From an uncultured Eubacteriales bacterium (GTDB lineage Bacteria > Bacillota > Clostridia > Oscillospirales > CAG-272): a stretch of 64,000 bases of DNA. Of this stretch, positions 47,317-57,322 are shown one piece after another. Both the position numbers and the translations under genes were made by a program. The notes below the pieces were generated by a model. That model saw nothing but the letters and a program-made list of their open reading frames with translations. It did not search any database and had not been told where the DNA came from. The stretch covers positions 13,808 through 77,807 of the forward strand of contig URAP01000004.1 of assembly GCA_900545935.1 (NCBI GenBank), read 5' to 3'. Numbering within the stretch: the first letter of the stretch is position 1; each line of letters opens with the position of its first letter.

Positions 47317-48207
47317 ATGCTGTATTCTATTGAAAATGACAGACTCAGAGTCGAGATAAACGATATCGGCGCGGAGCTGTATTCGATAAAGGACAAGGCC
47401 GACGGCTTTGAATATCTTTGGCAGGGCGATCCGCAGTATTGGTCGGGCAGAGCATATAATCTGTTCCCGATATGCGGCAGGATCACAGAGGAACGGTATA
47501 CATATAAGGGCGGTTCGTATGATATCTGTCTGCACGGCTTTGCACGCGACGCGGTCTTTACATGCGTAGAGCAGGGCGGCTATACTGCGTGCTTCGAGCT
47601 TAGAGCAGATGCGGAAACAAGGAAAAGCTATCCGTTCGATTTTTGCCTGCGTGTCAGATATATTCTTGACGGCAGCTCGCTCCGCACCGTATATGAGCTT
47701 GACAATATGGGTGATAACGAGATGATATTTGCACTCGGCGGTCATCCGGGCTTTAATCTGCCGCTTGAGGATGGTAAGGGCTTCTCGGATTACCGTCTTG
47801 AATTTGCCGAACCGCGTGAGAACGTACATGAGCTTGTACACAGCGAGCGCTGCTATATAACTCACGAGGAGCGTACATATCCGCTGAAGGATGGGCGTGT
47901 GCTGCCGCTCAAACACTCGCTGTTCGATCATGACGCCGTTTTTCTGTACGATACCTGCGGCAGTCTTACGCTGACCGCGGGCGGTAAGAGAAGCGTACGT
48001 GTTGATTATCCGAATATGAAATATATCGGCTTTTGGCATCTCCCGCACACCGAGGCTCCGTATGTCTGTATCGAGCCGTGGACGAGCTGCCCGTCCTACG
48101 ACGGAGAGCTCGACGATCTCGAGACCAAGCGCGATATGATGCGCCTTGCCTCGGGCGGACATTATACGACCGATTTTTCAATGACATTCAATACGGACGG
48201 TAACTGA
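47317..48207 (+). CDS. aldose 1-epimerase family protein
   Basis: 296 aa containing YLWQGDPQYWSGRAYNLFPICGR, HGFARD and GGHPGFNLPL, typical of mutarotase-like proteins. Confidence 0.85.
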   Translation: MLYSIENDRLRVEINDIGAELYSIKDKADGFEYLWQGDPQYWSGRAYNLFPICGRITEERYTYKGGSYDICLHGFARDAVFTCVEQGGYTACFELRADAETRKSYPFDFCLRVRYILDGSSLRTVYELDNMGDNEMIFALGGHPGFNLPLEDGKGFSDYRLEFAEPRENVHELVHSERCYITHEERTYPLKDGRVLPLKHSLFDHDAVFLYDTCGSLTLTAGGKRSVRVDYPNMKYIGFWHLPHTEAPYVCIEPWTSCPSYDGELDDLETKRDMMRLASGGHYTTDFSMTFNTDGN

Positions 48208-48210
48208 CGG

Positions 48211-49134
48211 ATGAGTAAGAAAAGATCACGCGAGCAGAAGATATTCCGCCGCATTATCACTGCCCTTGTTATTGCAATTTTCTCGGTCATTCTTGTGTCG
48301 GTGTCGGTGGTCGCCGCGTATAGGCTGCTGCCGGGACTCGGACGTTCCGTGCCCGAGACATCCGCCGAGATGACCGAGGAGTCAGCTCCGACCACCTCGG
48401 CAGCGCCTGCCGAAACCTTCGAGGAGACTGATGCGGCACCCGCGGCAGCGGAGCCCGGACGTATGCCGACCGTGCTGCTTGATCCCGGTCACGGCTTTGA
48501 CGATGTTGGCTGCGGCTCTGAATTCCTCGGCGAGACATGGGAGAAGAATTTGACGCTCGATATGGCGAAAAAGCTCGGTGAATTGCTGACCGAGCGCGGC
48601 TGCACCGTACTCTATACTCACGACGGCGTTACATTTCCGTCGGTGTCCGAGATTACCTCCGAGGCGAAGCGGCTCGGCGTTGAATATGAGTGGGAAAAGC
48701 TCGCGGACAATAATATTTTCAGCGCCTATGAGCGCTCGATTTATGCTAACTGCCTCGCTGCCGAGCAGGATATAGATTTCTTTCTTTCTATACATGTAAA
48801 CGCGATGGAGAATATGCCGGAGCGGTCCGGCTTTGAGATAGACTATTACGCCGAGGGCGAGGATGCTGCGCTTTCCCGCGCATATTTCAACGGAATTATC
48901 GCCTCGATAGCCGATAATATGCCCGGTATGGGTATCGACAGCTGGGAGGACTCGTGGGATGAGGCGTTCATCGTGACAAAGATAACGCGCCTGCCTGCCG
49001 TGCTCATCGAGACCGGCTTTGCCTCCAACGCTTCCGATGCCGCATTCCTGCTGTCCGAGGATAACCGCAGCTTACTTATGAACGCGGTATGTGACGGTAT
49101 TCTGCGCGGATGGAGCGTGGTTTGCGCAAGCTGA
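48211..49134 (+). CDS. N-acetylmuramoyl-L-alanine amidase (Amidase_3), membrane-anchored
   Basis: An N-terminal TM segment, then VLLDPGHGFDDVGC, FLSIHVNA and LIETGFASN, the Zn-amidase core motifs. Confidence 0.85.
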   Translation: MSKKRSREQKIFRRIITALVIAIFSVILVSVSVVAAYRLLPGLGRSVPETSAEMTEESAPTTSAAPAETFEETDAAPAAAEPGRMPTVLLDPGHGFDDVGCGSEFLGETWEKNLTLDMAKKLGELLTERGCTVLYTHDGVTFPSVSEITSEAKRLGVEYEWEKLADNNIFSAYERSIYANCLAAEQDIDFFLSIHVNAMENMPERSGFEIDYYAEGEDAALSRAYFNGIIASIADNMPGMGIDSWEDSWDEAFIVTKITRLPAVLIETGFASNASDAAFLLSEDNRSLLMNAVCDGILRGWSVVCAS

Positions 49135-49434
49135 TAAAACTGTACCCTATCGACTCATATCGGTTGTTGTGAGCCCTTTGAGTATACTTGTTTTCCGACT
49201 CTCCCATATAACTTGCTTTTTTGCTTTCTTCAAGAGATGCCGTCTTTTCAAAAAATGTTTACGACGAATTGATTATATTGACAAAAAAGCGGATTTGTGG
49301 TAACATATAATCTGCATGTGTTGTGCGTATATACATAACTGTTTTGCGTTGATTGAATTAGACTTTTACAGCGCTATTGTTATATTACATCAGCTTATGA
49401 TAATTGTGCTCGGTAACATTTTTAAAAGGAGGCT

Positions 49435-50298
49435 GTGATTTTGCCTGCAATATTGATCGTTGCTTTGGTCCTTATCTGTATATTGCTTGTACTCGGAATT
49501 ATAGCCTTTTTTGTAAAGCCGAGAACGATTTATTCCAATAAGGATGAAAGAAACCCGGTGGAGAACATGCGGGTAATATTTGTTTATGACGAATCCGATG
49601 AGGAGAACGCCGACGGTGTAAGAGGTCATCTGGAGGTTGTCGGCGAGGAACTGATACATAATAATTTGTATTGCGGATATATCAAGCGAATTGCGGATAT
49701 ACTGCTTTCGTTTTTCGGCTTAGTGCTGTTGTCACCGGTATTTCTTATCATTATTGCGGCAATTAAGCTCGACGATCCGGGACCGGCTTTTTTCACGCAG
49801 AAGCGCGTCGGACGGAATAAACGATATTTTAAGCTGCATAAATTTCGTTCTATGAAGATTGCGACTCCGCACAATGTTCCTACGCACATGCTCGAAAATC
49901 CCGAACAGTATATTACGAGGGTAGGCGGATTTGTTCGTTCGCACAGCCTTGATGAGCTGCCGCAGATATGGGATATTTTTGTCGGAAACATGTCAATAAT
50001 AGGGCCGCGTCCCGCGCTGTGGAATCAAGATCTGCTTACTGCAGAACGCGATAAATACGGCGCAAACGATGTAAAGCCGGGGTTGACGGGATGGGCGCAG
50101 ATAAACGGCAGAGACGAGCTCGAAATATCCGAAAAGGCAAGATTGGACGGCGAATATGTCAAGAATATCAGCTTTTTACTTGACTGCAGGTGCTTTTTCG
50201 GAACAATTCGCTCTGTATTAAATGACGATAGCGTGGTAGAAGGCGGTACGGGCGAATTGAAGCGAAAAGAGCAAGAAAAGGAAACAGTCGAGAAATGA
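49435..50298 (+). CDS. undecaprenyl-phosphate sugar phosphotransferase (bacterial sugar transferase family)
   Basis: IKRIADILLSFFGLVLLSPVFLIIIAAIKLDDPGPAFFTQKRVG...HKFRSM...DELPQIWDIFVGNMSIIGPRP. The start is GTG at 49435 or TTG at 49441 after AAAAGGAGG. Confidence 0.9.
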   Translation: MILPAILIVALVLICILLVLGIIAFFVKPRTIYSNKDERNPVENMRVIFVYDESDEENADGVRGHLEVVGEELIHNNLYCGYIKRIADILLSFFGLVLLSPVFLIIIAAIKLDDPGPAFFTQKRVGRNKRYFKLHKFRSMKIATPHNVPTHMLENPEQYITRVGGFVRSHSLDELPQIWDIFVGNMSIIGPRPALWNQDLLTAERDKYGANDVKPGLTGWAQINGRDELEISEKARLDGEYVKNISFLLDCRCFFGTIRSVLNDDSVVEGGTGELKRKEQEKETVEK

Positions 50299-51158
50299 AG
50301 AAGGTGCTGATTACCGGTGCGGGTAGCTATATAGGAACCTCGTTTGAACATTATTTGACGGAACATTATCCGGGCATATATGATGTTTGCACTGTGGATA
50401 TGCGGAGCGACGGATGGAGAAATATGGCGTTTCGGGGGTATGATGTTGTTTTCCATGTCGCGGGAATCGCCCATATCAAGGAAACAGACGAAAATGCAGA
50501 GCTGTATTACAAGGTCAATCGCGATCTGACTGTGGAATGCGCGAAAAAAGCTCTGTCGGAGCAGGTGCCGCATTTTGTTTTTTTGAGCTCTATGAGTGTT
50601 TACGGCATGAATTCCGGCAGAATTATAAAAGAAACCGAACCGTCTCCGACGACAAATTACGGCAAATCAAAGCTTGAGGCAGAGAATGACCTGAATATAT
50701 TGGCAAATCAATTTCCAAATACATTTACCGTAGCTATCCTGCGTCCGCCTATGATATACGGGAAAGGCTGTAAGGGTAATTATAATGCACTAAAAAAGAT
50801 TGCATTGAGCGTGCCGCTGTTTCCTGATATAATTAATAGACGTTCGATGCTATATATCGACAATCTGTGTGAGTTTGTCAGGCGGATTATTGATAAAAAA
50901 GGAAGCGGACTCTTTTTTCCCCAGAACAACTACTATATGAACACAACGCAATTGGCGGATACAATCTGTAATTGTCATGGACGTCGGCTGCACAAAACAA
51001 AACTGTTTAATCCGATTATTAGCGCTATGAGCAAAAGAGTATGCTTGATCGAAAAAGCCTTCGGAAGTTTAACATATGATATGTCGCTGAGTGGTGATAC
51101 CCGTGATTATTGTGTAACAGACATTGAAACTTCTATAAGGAGAACCGAGGAGGAGTAA
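50295..51158 (+). CDS. NAD-dependent epimerase/dehydratase family protein
   Basis: Rossmann motif VLITGAGSYIG and catalytic YGKSK. It has a 4-nt overlap with the upstream gene. Confidence 0.85.
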   Translation: MKKVLITGAGSYIGTSFEHYLTEHYPGIYDVCTVDMRSDGWRNMAFRGYDVVFHVAGIAHIKETDENAELYYKVNRDLTVECAKKALSEQVPHFVFLSSMSVYGMNSGRIIKETEPSPTTNYGKSKLEAENDLNILANQFPNTFTVAILRPPMIYGKGCKGNYNALKKIALSVPLFPDIINRRSMLYIDNLCEFVRRIIDKKGSGLFFPQNNYYMNTTQLADTICNCHGRRLHKTKLFNPIISAMSKRVCLIEKAFGSLTYDMSLSGDTRDYCVTDIETSIRRTEEE

Positions 51159-51983
51159 ATGAAGCAAAACATTTCGGTATTAATGAGCGTATATAAAAAC
51201 GAGAAGCCGGAGTATTTCAGAGCTGCCGTGAACAGTGTTTTGAATCAGACCGTGTTGCCCGAGGAAATAGTGCTTGTCCGCGACGGTGAAGTTCCGGATG
51301 CCCTTCAGGCCGAGATAGACAAATTGCTTAGTGAATGCAGTATCAGAATCAAATATCTGCCGCTGCCCGAGAACGGTGGCTTGGGAAAAGCCTTGAATCT
51401 CGGTGTACGAGCTGCCTCAAATGAGCTTATCGCCAGGATGGATACGGATGATATTTCTGTTCCGCAGCGTTTTGAAAAGCAGTTGGAGGAATTCAATCTT
51501 AAACCGAATGTTGATGTAATGGGCGGACAAGTGCTTGAATTTGAAGGCGACACTTCAATGCCGACCGGAAAGCGAACCGTTCCTACCTCCAATGAAGAAA
51601 TTGCCCTGTTTTTGAAAAAACGTAACGCATTCAATCACCCAACCGTGATGTTTAAAAAATCGTCTGTGATAAATGCAGGCAATTATTCGGATAGACATTA
51701 CGTTGAGGACTATGATTTGTGGCTGAGAATGCTGAAGAACGGAAGCCGTTTTGAAAATTTGCCCGAGACGCTTGTATATATGAGGGTAAACGGGGATACG
51801 TATTCAAGGCGGGGAGGGATGGCATATTTTCGATCACTCAAGAAGCTTGAAAAGGACAAGCTGATTATGAGTGTAATCAGCTTGCCGCAGTATTTAGGAA
51901 ATGTAATTGTCAGATATGTACAATGCGTACTGCTGCGTGGGAGGATGCGTAAGCTCATATATCGACGAATTCTCAGAAAATAG
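51159..51983 (+). CDS. family 2 glycosyltransferase
   Basis: ISVLMSVYKNEKPEYFRAAVNSVLNQT and the DTDD motif (ARMDTDDIS). Confidence 0.88.
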   Translation: MKQNISVLMSVYKNEKPEYFRAAVNSVLNQTVLPEEIVLVRDGEVPDALQAEIDKLLSECSIRIKYLPLPENGGLGKALNLGVRAASNELIARMDTDDISVPQRFEKQLEEFNLKPNVDVMGGQVLEFEGDTSMPTGKRTVPTSNEEIALFLKKRNAFNHPTVMFKKSSVINAGNYSDRHYVEDYDLWLRMLKNGSRFENLPETLVYMRVNGDTYSRRGGMAYFRSLKKLEKDKLIMSVISLPQYLGNVIVRYVQCVLLRGRMRKLIYRRILRK

Positions 51984-51995
51984 GAGTGTAGAATC

Positions 51996-53294
51996 GTGGA
52001 AAGACATCGCAGGGTCCTTATTGTTGGAACAGTGCCGTACAATGAAATGTCCACCTCGAGAGCATTTGATTCATATTTTCATTTTTGGGAAAAGGAAAAC
52101 CTGGCGCAGATCTTTTCCAATGCCAAGGCTCCGGCTAAAGGACATTGCGGAACGCTTTATCAGATTACCGATGCTCGTATGCTGAAGAGACGGTTTGATA
52201 AAAAAACAAAGACCGGTGTTATTTTTAATTATGAAGCTCTTAACGACGGTTGGAAGGACAGCAGCCTTGAGGTAGGTTCGGTAACCGCTAAAATGTACGG
52301 ATGGGGGAGCAAAAAGAATTCTCTTGTTTACCTGCTTCGTAAATTCATATGGAAAAAGAAATATTGGTGTACCGATGAGCTGCTTTCATGGCTTGATAAG
52401 TTTTCTCCCGAGTGTGTTTTTTTGAGCTTTTCCGATGATTTCTTTATCCCTCAGATCGCGCTGTTTGTTGCAGAGCGGTATAATATTCCCATAGTTTCGT
52501 CAATCGGAGACGATTATTATTTTAATTACAAGTTTTCATTATCGCCGCTCTACCATATATATAAGCTCTCTTATCGGAGATTGATAAGAAAAGTTTTTTC
52601 GCATAAGGGAAGCGCAATATATATCGGCAACAAAATACGTGACAAGTATAATGAAAGCTTTGGCTTGGATGGCAAGACCGTTTATCTTACTTCCGAGATA
52701 AAGCGGCATCCTTTCAGAGAAATACCGGTCAGATCTCCGGTAATATCATATTTCGGGAATATCCGCCTCGGCAGGAATGAATCACTCAGAGAGATCGGCG
52801 ATGCTCTCGGCAGAATTGACAGCAGCTATATTTTGAATGTTTATTCCAATGAAAAGGACGAGCACTATATCGGAATATTTGACGGATCTCGCAATGTAAA
52901 GTTCTGCGGCACGGTCCCTTATTCCGAGGTTATGAAAAAAAGCGCAGAGAGCGATATTTTGATTGTTGTCGAGGGCTTTAAGAAGAAGGATGTCGATATT
53001 ACAAGATATTCGCTTTCGACTAAGGTGGCGGATTCTCTTTCCTCAGGCGCGGCGGTGTTTGCCTACGGCTCGGAGGAATGCGGAGCGATAGAGTATGCCG
53101 AATCGACCGGGTGCATAACTACATGTACTGACAAAGATATGCTTGAAGTATCGCTTCGAAGCCTTATATATGATACCGAGCTGCAGAGAAGAAATTATGA
53201 AAAAGGAATAACCGTTGTGGAAAACAATCATCGGCTTGAAAACAGCACCAGCATTTTTGAGTCGGTAGTCAACGGCGTTTGCGGGGATTTATAA
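51996..53294 (+). CDS. putative glycosyltransferase (GT-B-like C-terminal half)
   Basis: 432 aa with a GTG start. The call rests on locus context and a C-terminal block (ILIVVEGFKK...YSLSTKVADSLSSGAAVFAYG) reminiscent of GT-B enzymes. The family is not firmly recognised. Confidence 0.55.
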   Translation: MERHRRVLIVGTVPYNEMSTSRAFDSYFHFWEKENLAQIFSNAKAPAKGHCGTLYQITDARMLKRRFDKKTKTGVIFNYEALNDGWKDSSLEVGSVTAKMYGWGSKKNSLVYLLRKFIWKKKYWCTDELLSWLDKFSPECVFLSFSDDFFIPQIALFVAERYNIPIVSSIGDDYYFNYKFSLSPLYHIYKLSYRRLIRKVFSHKGSAIYIGNKIRDKYNESFGLDGKTVYLTSEIKRHPFREIPVRSPVISYFGNIRLGRNESLREIGDALGRIDSSYILNVYSNEKDEHYIGIFDGSRNVKFCGTVPYSEVMKKSAESDILIVVEGFKKKDVDITRYSLSTKVADSLSSGAAVFAYGSEECGAIEYAESTGCITTCTDKDMLEVSLRSLIYDTELQRRNYEKGITVVENNHRLENSTSIFESVVNGVCGDL

Positions 53295-53296
53295 TT

Positions 53297-54091
53297 ATGT
53301 TAAAGGATAAAATGACACTTGTGATAAATTCCTGCGATAAGTTTTCTGATCTGTGGGATGAGCATGTCAGGATATTGAACGAGAATTGGTCTGACAGAGA
53401 GGTTGAAACTCTTCTTGTTACCGATCGTCCTACCGACAGAAAGCTCGAGCGAGTGAGAATATTCTCTGCGGGAGAGGGTAAAGAGTATCCTCAGCGTATG
53501 GCTGCCGTTCTTCCGGAGATAAGAACGGAGTATGTTCTTATTACGCTTGACGATTATTTTCCCATAAATAAAATATACAACGATAGGCTGGAGAGACTGA
53601 TCGGCATTATGGATGCGGAGGGGATTGATTACCTCAGGCTGTTTTCCGATCCTAATTCACATAAAAGATTTAAGGATTATAAGGGTCTGTATGAAATACC
53701 GCTCGATGTAAATTATGCCGTTAATCTTTATCAAGGCATCTGGCGTAGAGATTTTATCGAAAAGACACTCGGAGATTCTCAGACTATATGGAAATATGAG
53801 GTATCTCTGACCCCGACGGCAAGGCAGATAGCGGCGAGATGCGTTCTGAGCAAGGGAAAGGAATTTGAGATACTGGATGTTATCAGGAAGGGAAAGCTGC
53901 TTCATAAAGCTAATCGTTGGTTAAAAAGCCACGGAAGGTCTCTACCGGAACGTGAAATTATCTCATATAAAGAAGAACTGCGTATAAAAATTTTCAGCAC
54001 CGGAAAGAAGGTCCTTCCTAAGCGGCTTGCTGTCTGTGTAAAAAACAAACTCAAAAAGAAAGGGTATGTGTTTTTCAGCGATTCGGTTTGA
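53297..54091 (+). CDS. hypothetical polysaccharide-locus protein
   Basis: Start at MLKDKMTLVINSCDKFSDLW, 2 nt after the upstream stop. It has a possible GT-A-like LDDYF motif. Function unassigned. Confidence 0.6.
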   Translation: MLKDKMTLVINSCDKFSDLWDEHVRILNENWSDREVETLLVTDRPTDRKLERVRIFSAGEGKEYPQRMAAVLPEIRTEYVLITLDDYFPINKIYNDRLERLIGIMDAEGIDYLRLFSDPNSHKRFKDYKGLYEIPLDVNYAVNLYQGIWRRDFIEKTLGDSQTIWKYEVSLTPTARQIAARCVLSKGKEFEILDVIRKGKLLHKANRWLKSHGRSLPEREIISYKEELRIKIFSTGKKVLPKRLAVCVKNKLKKKGYVFFSDSV

Positions 54092-54111
54092 AAAACATAT
54101 CGGCATGATAA

Positions 54112-55164
54112 ATGAAGCAGCGGAATGCAACAGTTGATTATATTCGAGGCATAGCGATCCTGCTTGTGATAATCGGTCATACCGTTTCCAATAACGGAAT
54201 TACCGATTATTCCGGCAGTGGGCTGTACAGAGTGGTCTTTGCATTGCAGATGCCGTTGTTTATGCTTGTCAGCGGATATGTTACCGTATATTCAAAGCCG
54301 ATCGAATCGGCGGGAATGCTCGGCTCCTTTATCGGCAGACGCAGCCTCGGTTATCTTCTTCCTTGGACGGTCTGGACGGTATTCAGAGGCTTTGCGTTCG
54401 GCGGATGGGCAATAGGCAATATGAAGGCAAATTTACTTTCGCTTCTGTGGAATATGGATTCGGGGTACTGGTTTTTGTTTTCGCTTTGGACGACATGTAT
54501 TGTTTGGGGCATTTCATCGTTCTTTGCAAATAAACTGACCGCCAAAAAGTTTTTAAGAGTCGTATTCTGCACTGCGTTTTCGATGCTTTTTGCAATGCTG
54601 TTGTTGCTTGTCGGAATAAAGGTGGGAATAACATTTTTAAATATAAAATTAACTCTGTACTATATTCCGTATTTCTTTTTAGGATATATTTTCGCATCAT
54701 TCAGTACCGATATTCGAGCAAAGAAATATTATAAGAGTATCGAGAGCATCGTTGTCGCTGCCTCTTTTGTCATATTCGTTTGTCTGTCGCTGCGTTTCAA
54801 TGTCGCGACATCGGGCGAGACTGTCATTGAGATCGCGACCCGGATCATCTGCTCTCTTACAGGATGTATTTCGCTTATATATTTTGCATCAAGGTTTTAC
54901 GAAGATTTCAAAACGTGTTCTTTCGCCGAAAAGTTCAATTCCGTAACAGTAACGGCAGGGAAAGAATCGCTCGGGCTGTATTTGATCCACTATCTGTTCT
55001 TGAATGTGATTCGGCTGCCGGAGGGGATGTCAATATATTCATTTGATGCATTTGCGGTCAGTCTGCTAAATTTTTTAATCACGCTCCTGCTTTCCGCGGC
55101 AGTGATTTATATTATTGATCATAACGATAAATTGAAATTAATTCTTTTAGGTAAAAGAAGATAG
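54112..55164 (+). CDS. acyltransferase family 3 (O-acyltransferase)
   Basis: VDYIRGIAILLVIIGH at the N-terminus and about 10 TM segments. Confidence 0.85.
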   Translation: MKQRNATVDYIRGIAILLVIIGHTVSNNGITDYSGSGLYRVVFALQMPLFMLVSGYVTVYSKPIESAGMLGSFIGRRSLGYLLPWTVWTVFRGFAFGGWAIGNMKANLLSLLWNMDSGYWFLFSLWTTCIVWGISSFFANKLTAKKFLRVVFCTAFSMLFAMLLLLVGIKVGITFLNIKLTLYYIPYFFLGYIFASFSTDIRAKKYYKSIESIVVAASFVIFVCLSLRFNVATSGETVIEIATRIICSLTGCISLIYFASRFYEDFKTCSFAEKFNSVTVTAGKESLGLYLIHYLFLNVIRLPEGMSIYSFDAFAVSLLNFLITLLLSAAVIYIIDHNDKLKLILLGKRR

Positions 55165-55178
55165 GATAGCTTTGTGAT

Positions 55179-56393
55179 ATGCGTGTAGTACAGATAAACG
55201 GCGGCGTTTTCGGGAGCACCGGCTCGATAATGTTCGGGATCGCAGAGCAATTGGAACGCAGCGGCGGTGAATGTATCTGTTTCTCACCGGTCACGGTGAC
55301 AAATCGTAATAAAGAACCGGATCATAGGTATGAAAAAATCGGCACATTCAACTCGCGCAGATTAAATGTGCTGCTCGGTCGAATTACCGGATCGGACGGA
55401 TGCTTTTCGCTTTTTGTGACGCTGAAGCTCATAAAAAAGATAAAGCGTTTTTCACCGGATATTATGCACCTGCATAATATACACGGCGACTATGTGAATA
55501 TTCCGCTTTTGTTTAGATTTGCCGAGAAGCACAATGTACGCATTGTTTGGACGCTTCATGATTGTTGGGCTTTTACCGGGCACTGCCCGCATTATGATAT
55601 GATCGGCTGCAAAAAGTGGCAGACGGAATGTCATGACTGCCCCATTTATCGTGAATATCCGCAGAGCGTTTTTGATAATTCGAAGAGGATGTTTCATCTC
55701 AAGGAAAAATGGTACGGTAATTTTAACAGCCTGACTCTTGTGACTCCGTCCCACTGGCTTGCCGAACAAGTTGAAAAATCTTTTCTCTCACATTGCAGGA
55801 TTTCGGTTATAAATAACGGCATAGATTTAGATACTTTCAAGCCTAAGCCGACGAATTTCAGAGTTGAGCATGACATGACCGATGAGCAAATAATGCTGCT
55901 CGGCGTTTCATTTGTATGGAACGATAAAAAGGGGCTCGATGTTTTTAAACAATTATCAGAGCGCTTGGATCCCGATAAATACAGAATAGTTCTTGTCGGG
56001 GCGGATAAGTCGGTTATCGCATCGCTTCCCGAAAATATCATTGCGATAGAAAGAACTCAGAACAAGGATGAGCTTGTCGAAATATATTCTGCTGCCGATG
56101 TATTTATCAACCCGACAAGGGAAGACACATTTCCGACGGTAAATATTGAGTCTTTAGCTTGCGGAACACCGGTCATAACATTCGATGTCGGCGGAGCATC
56201 CGAAATTATTGATAAAACATGCGGAGAGGCTGTCCCCAAAGACAATGTAGATGTTATGGAAGAAATGATCAATTACGTTTGTGACCGAAAGCCGTTTTCG
56301 GAGAATAACTGCCGTCAGCGTGCCTTGAATTTTGATAAAAAAGATAGATTTAAAGAGTATGTTGAAATGTACCGGAGTATAATGGATGAATGA
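55179..56393 (+). CDS. family 1 (GT4-type) glycosyltransferase
   Basis: A C-terminal E-x7-E-type block, REDTFPTVNIESLACGTPVITFDVGGASEII. Confidence 0.88.
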   Translation: MRVVQINGGVFGSTGSIMFGIAEQLERSGGECICFSPVTVTNRNKEPDHRYEKIGTFNSRRLNVLLGRITGSDGCFSLFVTLKLIKKIKRFSPDIMHLHNIHGDYVNIPLLFRFAEKHNVRIVWTLHDCWAFTGHCPHYDMIGCKKWQTECHDCPIYREYPQSVFDNSKRMFHLKEKWYGNFNSLTLVTPSHWLAEQVEKSFLSHCRISVINNGIDLDTFKPKPTNFRVEHDMTDEQIMLLGVSFVWNDKKGLDVFKQLSERLDPDKYRIVLVGADKSVIASLPENIIAIERTQNKDELVEIYSAADVFINPTREDTFPTVNIESLACGTPVITFDVGGASEIIDKTCGEAVPKDNVDVMEEMINYVCDRKPFSENNCRQRALNFDKKDRFKEYVEMYRSIMDE

Positions 56394-57234
56394 ACTTCAA
56401 AAAGTCGAATTTGATTTGCTGTGTGAAGCGGTAAGGATCTTTTCTGATTTGAAATTGACATATTATCTTGTCTGCGGCAGCGCGCTCGGCGCGATAAAAT
56501 ACGGCGGATTTATCCCATGGGATGATGATATGGATATCGCACTGCCTCGGGATGACTATGAAATTTTCATAAAAGAGGCGGGGCGCAGATTGCCGGATGG
56601 ACTGTTTTTGCAGAACCATCATACCGAAGCGTCATTTCCGCAGATATTCAGTAAGCTGAGAAATTCAAGAACCACATATATTGAAAAGAGTATCTCCGCT
56701 CTTCCGATAAACCACGGTGTCTACATAGATATTTTCCCTCTGGATGAATATCCGGCAGACAGAGGTGCGCAGCGCCGGCTGGAATTTGAAAAGCAGCGCT
56801 TATTCTTAAAGCTCAGTGTGGTATATTGCTCGAAAAAGACCGGGCGCGCAGCGCTGTATCAGCACCTGAACAGATTATTTCACTATGACAGACATGTGCA
56901 TGAAAATGTCGAGAGGCTCGAGAGGGTGCTGACTTGCAGCAATGGACAGCGCTCCGACATTCTTTGCAACCACGGCAATTGGCAGGGAAGTCTTGAATAT
57001 GCTCCGCGCGAACAGTATGGTGACGGAGCATGGGCGGATTTTGAAGGCCTCAGAGTTCGTGTCCCGGAAAAATATGATGATTACCTTACTCAAAAATACG
57101 GCGACTGGCGTGCCGATCTTCCTCCGGAAGAGCAGGTGGGACATCATTATGCCGAGATTATAGATCTCTGCAGACCGTATACTGATTATTTGGAAGAGCT
57201 TCCGGGCGGAGGTATCCATATTAAATCACAGTAA
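56386..57234 (+). CDS. LicD-family phosphotransferase
   Basis: YYLVCGSALGAIKYGGFIPWDDDMDIALPRDDY is the LicD nucleotidyl/phospho-transferase signature. Confidence 0.88.
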   Translation: MNELQKVEFDLLCEAVRIFSDLKLTYYLVCGSALGAIKYGGFIPWDDDMDIALPRDDYEIFIKEAGRRLPDGLFLQNHHTEASFPQIFSKLRNSRTTYIEKSISALPINHGVYIDIFPLDEYPADRGAQRRLEFEKQRLFLKLSVVYCSKKTGRAALYQHLNRLFHYDRHVHENVERLERVLTCSNGQRSDILCNHGNWQGSLEYAPREQYGDGAWADFEGLRVRVPEKYDDYLTQKYGDWRADLPPEEQVGHHYAEIIDLCRPYTDYLEELPGGGIHIKSQ

Positions 57235-57322
57235 GGCTCGGAATGATCCGAATTGAAGCCGAAGTAACTGTATATAACGCCGATGGGCGATTATATAAAA
57301 AATAAAAATAAGGAGAGAACGT

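Noticed and set aside
47218-48162. 314-aa minus-strand ORF opposite the aldose epimerase gene
   Set aside because: The epimerase frame carries clear family motifs, whereas the antisense frame has none.
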